NCBI GenBank assembly: GCA_964016885.1 | Contig: OZ024742.1 | Location: forward strand, 3,410,001 to 3,474,000 | Source: Eledone cirrhosa | Lineage: Eukaryota | Reading direction: 5' to 3' | Length of the DNA stretch: 64,000 nt | Shown: piece by piece, positions 63,268 to 64,000 of the stretch | Numbering within the stretch: the first letter of the stretch is position 1 | Layout of the letters: every line of letters begins with the position of its first letter | The notes under the pieces: generated by a model | The model's input: the letters and a program-made list of their open reading frames with translations, nothing else | Told to the model about the DNA's origin: nothing | Databases searched by the model: none | Translations under genes and position numbers: made by a program

Positions 63268-63960
63268 AGGTGTAAACGAGGCTCATATGGCTATAAGGAT
63301 CAGCTTTTGGTTAACAAAATGATACTGGAAGATTGTTATAATAGACACAAAAATCTATCAATTGCTTAGATAGATTATAAAAAAGCATTCGATAGTTTGC
63401 CACACAGTTGATTTTCAAAATATCTCCCGTTGTCATGAGGTTCTTGTCATCCAGTATGAAGACATGGAAAACGACACTCCTTTCGAACAGTGAAACAAAA
63501 TCAATGGAAGCTGGAGAAGTTAATATTAATTTTGGAATTTTTTCAGGGTGACTCTTTATCACCGCTTTTATTCTGCATCGCACTGTACCATTAAGTAAAT
63601 TGCTCAATGAAACAAAACATGGATATAAAGGCTATGACAAAACCATTAATCACTTGTTCTACATGGATGACCTGAATATATTTGCAAAAAATGATGAACA
63701 ATTGCAATAGACAAGAATGTATCTATAAAAACATTTGAAAAATTGAGCAAGTATAAGGACCTGGAGATAGAAATTGGAAAAATGTGGAAATTGAGAACTA
63801 AAACATACCAGTGGTTGTAGGCGTTCTAGGAATGATACCTAAGGGGTCTAATGATTACTTATCGCAAATCCCAGGAAACCCGCGTATAGGAGAAATACAA
63901 AAGATAGTACTAATGGGAACTGCCCATATACTAAGGAAGATTCTGTCAATAGAAGTACAT
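63268..63960 (+). mobile_element. Internally deleted R4/Dong-type (restriction-like endonuclease) LINE remnant
   Basis: GCKRGSYGYKDQLLVNKMILED..IDYKKAFDSLPHS; GIFQGDSLSPLLFCIAL; INHLFYMDDL; EKLSKYKDLEIEIGKMW...PVVVGVLG...IQKIVLMGTAHILRK, with the intervening regions missing. Confidence 0.75.
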
Positions 63961-64000
63961 CACAAGTCTAAACACCTAAAGATGCATGTGTGTGTATGTA

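Overview
This is AT-rich, microsatellite-dense eukaryotic DNA, not prokaryotic. The tRNA-derived MetaSINE-type repeats and (TA)n/(CA)n density fit an octopod cephalopod (inference). Almost all of it is a transposable-element mosaic: three Tx1-clade LINEs in (AAT)n tracts (one interrupted by a near-full-length RTE LINE), two Neptune-type and two Naiad-type Penelope-like elements (PLEs) in (TA)n tracts, four non-autonomous Helitrons, an internally deleted R4/Dong-type LINE, and many SINEs. Three possible host exons lie at about 6.9-7.7 kb on the minus strand. The most striking pattern is a set of at least six small fold-back elements. Each is an inverted repeat with one arm extended by a short tail, sits at a (TA)n or other microsatellite, and carries a type I hammerhead ribozyme (HHR) or half of one. 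Several HHRs have non-canonical cores (U4C; U3-A8). One Naiad inversion junction shows six tandem copies of an 11-mer that look like telomerase-style reiterative copying. All calls come from reading the sequence by eye. Boundaries are approximate to a few bases and no database search was run.
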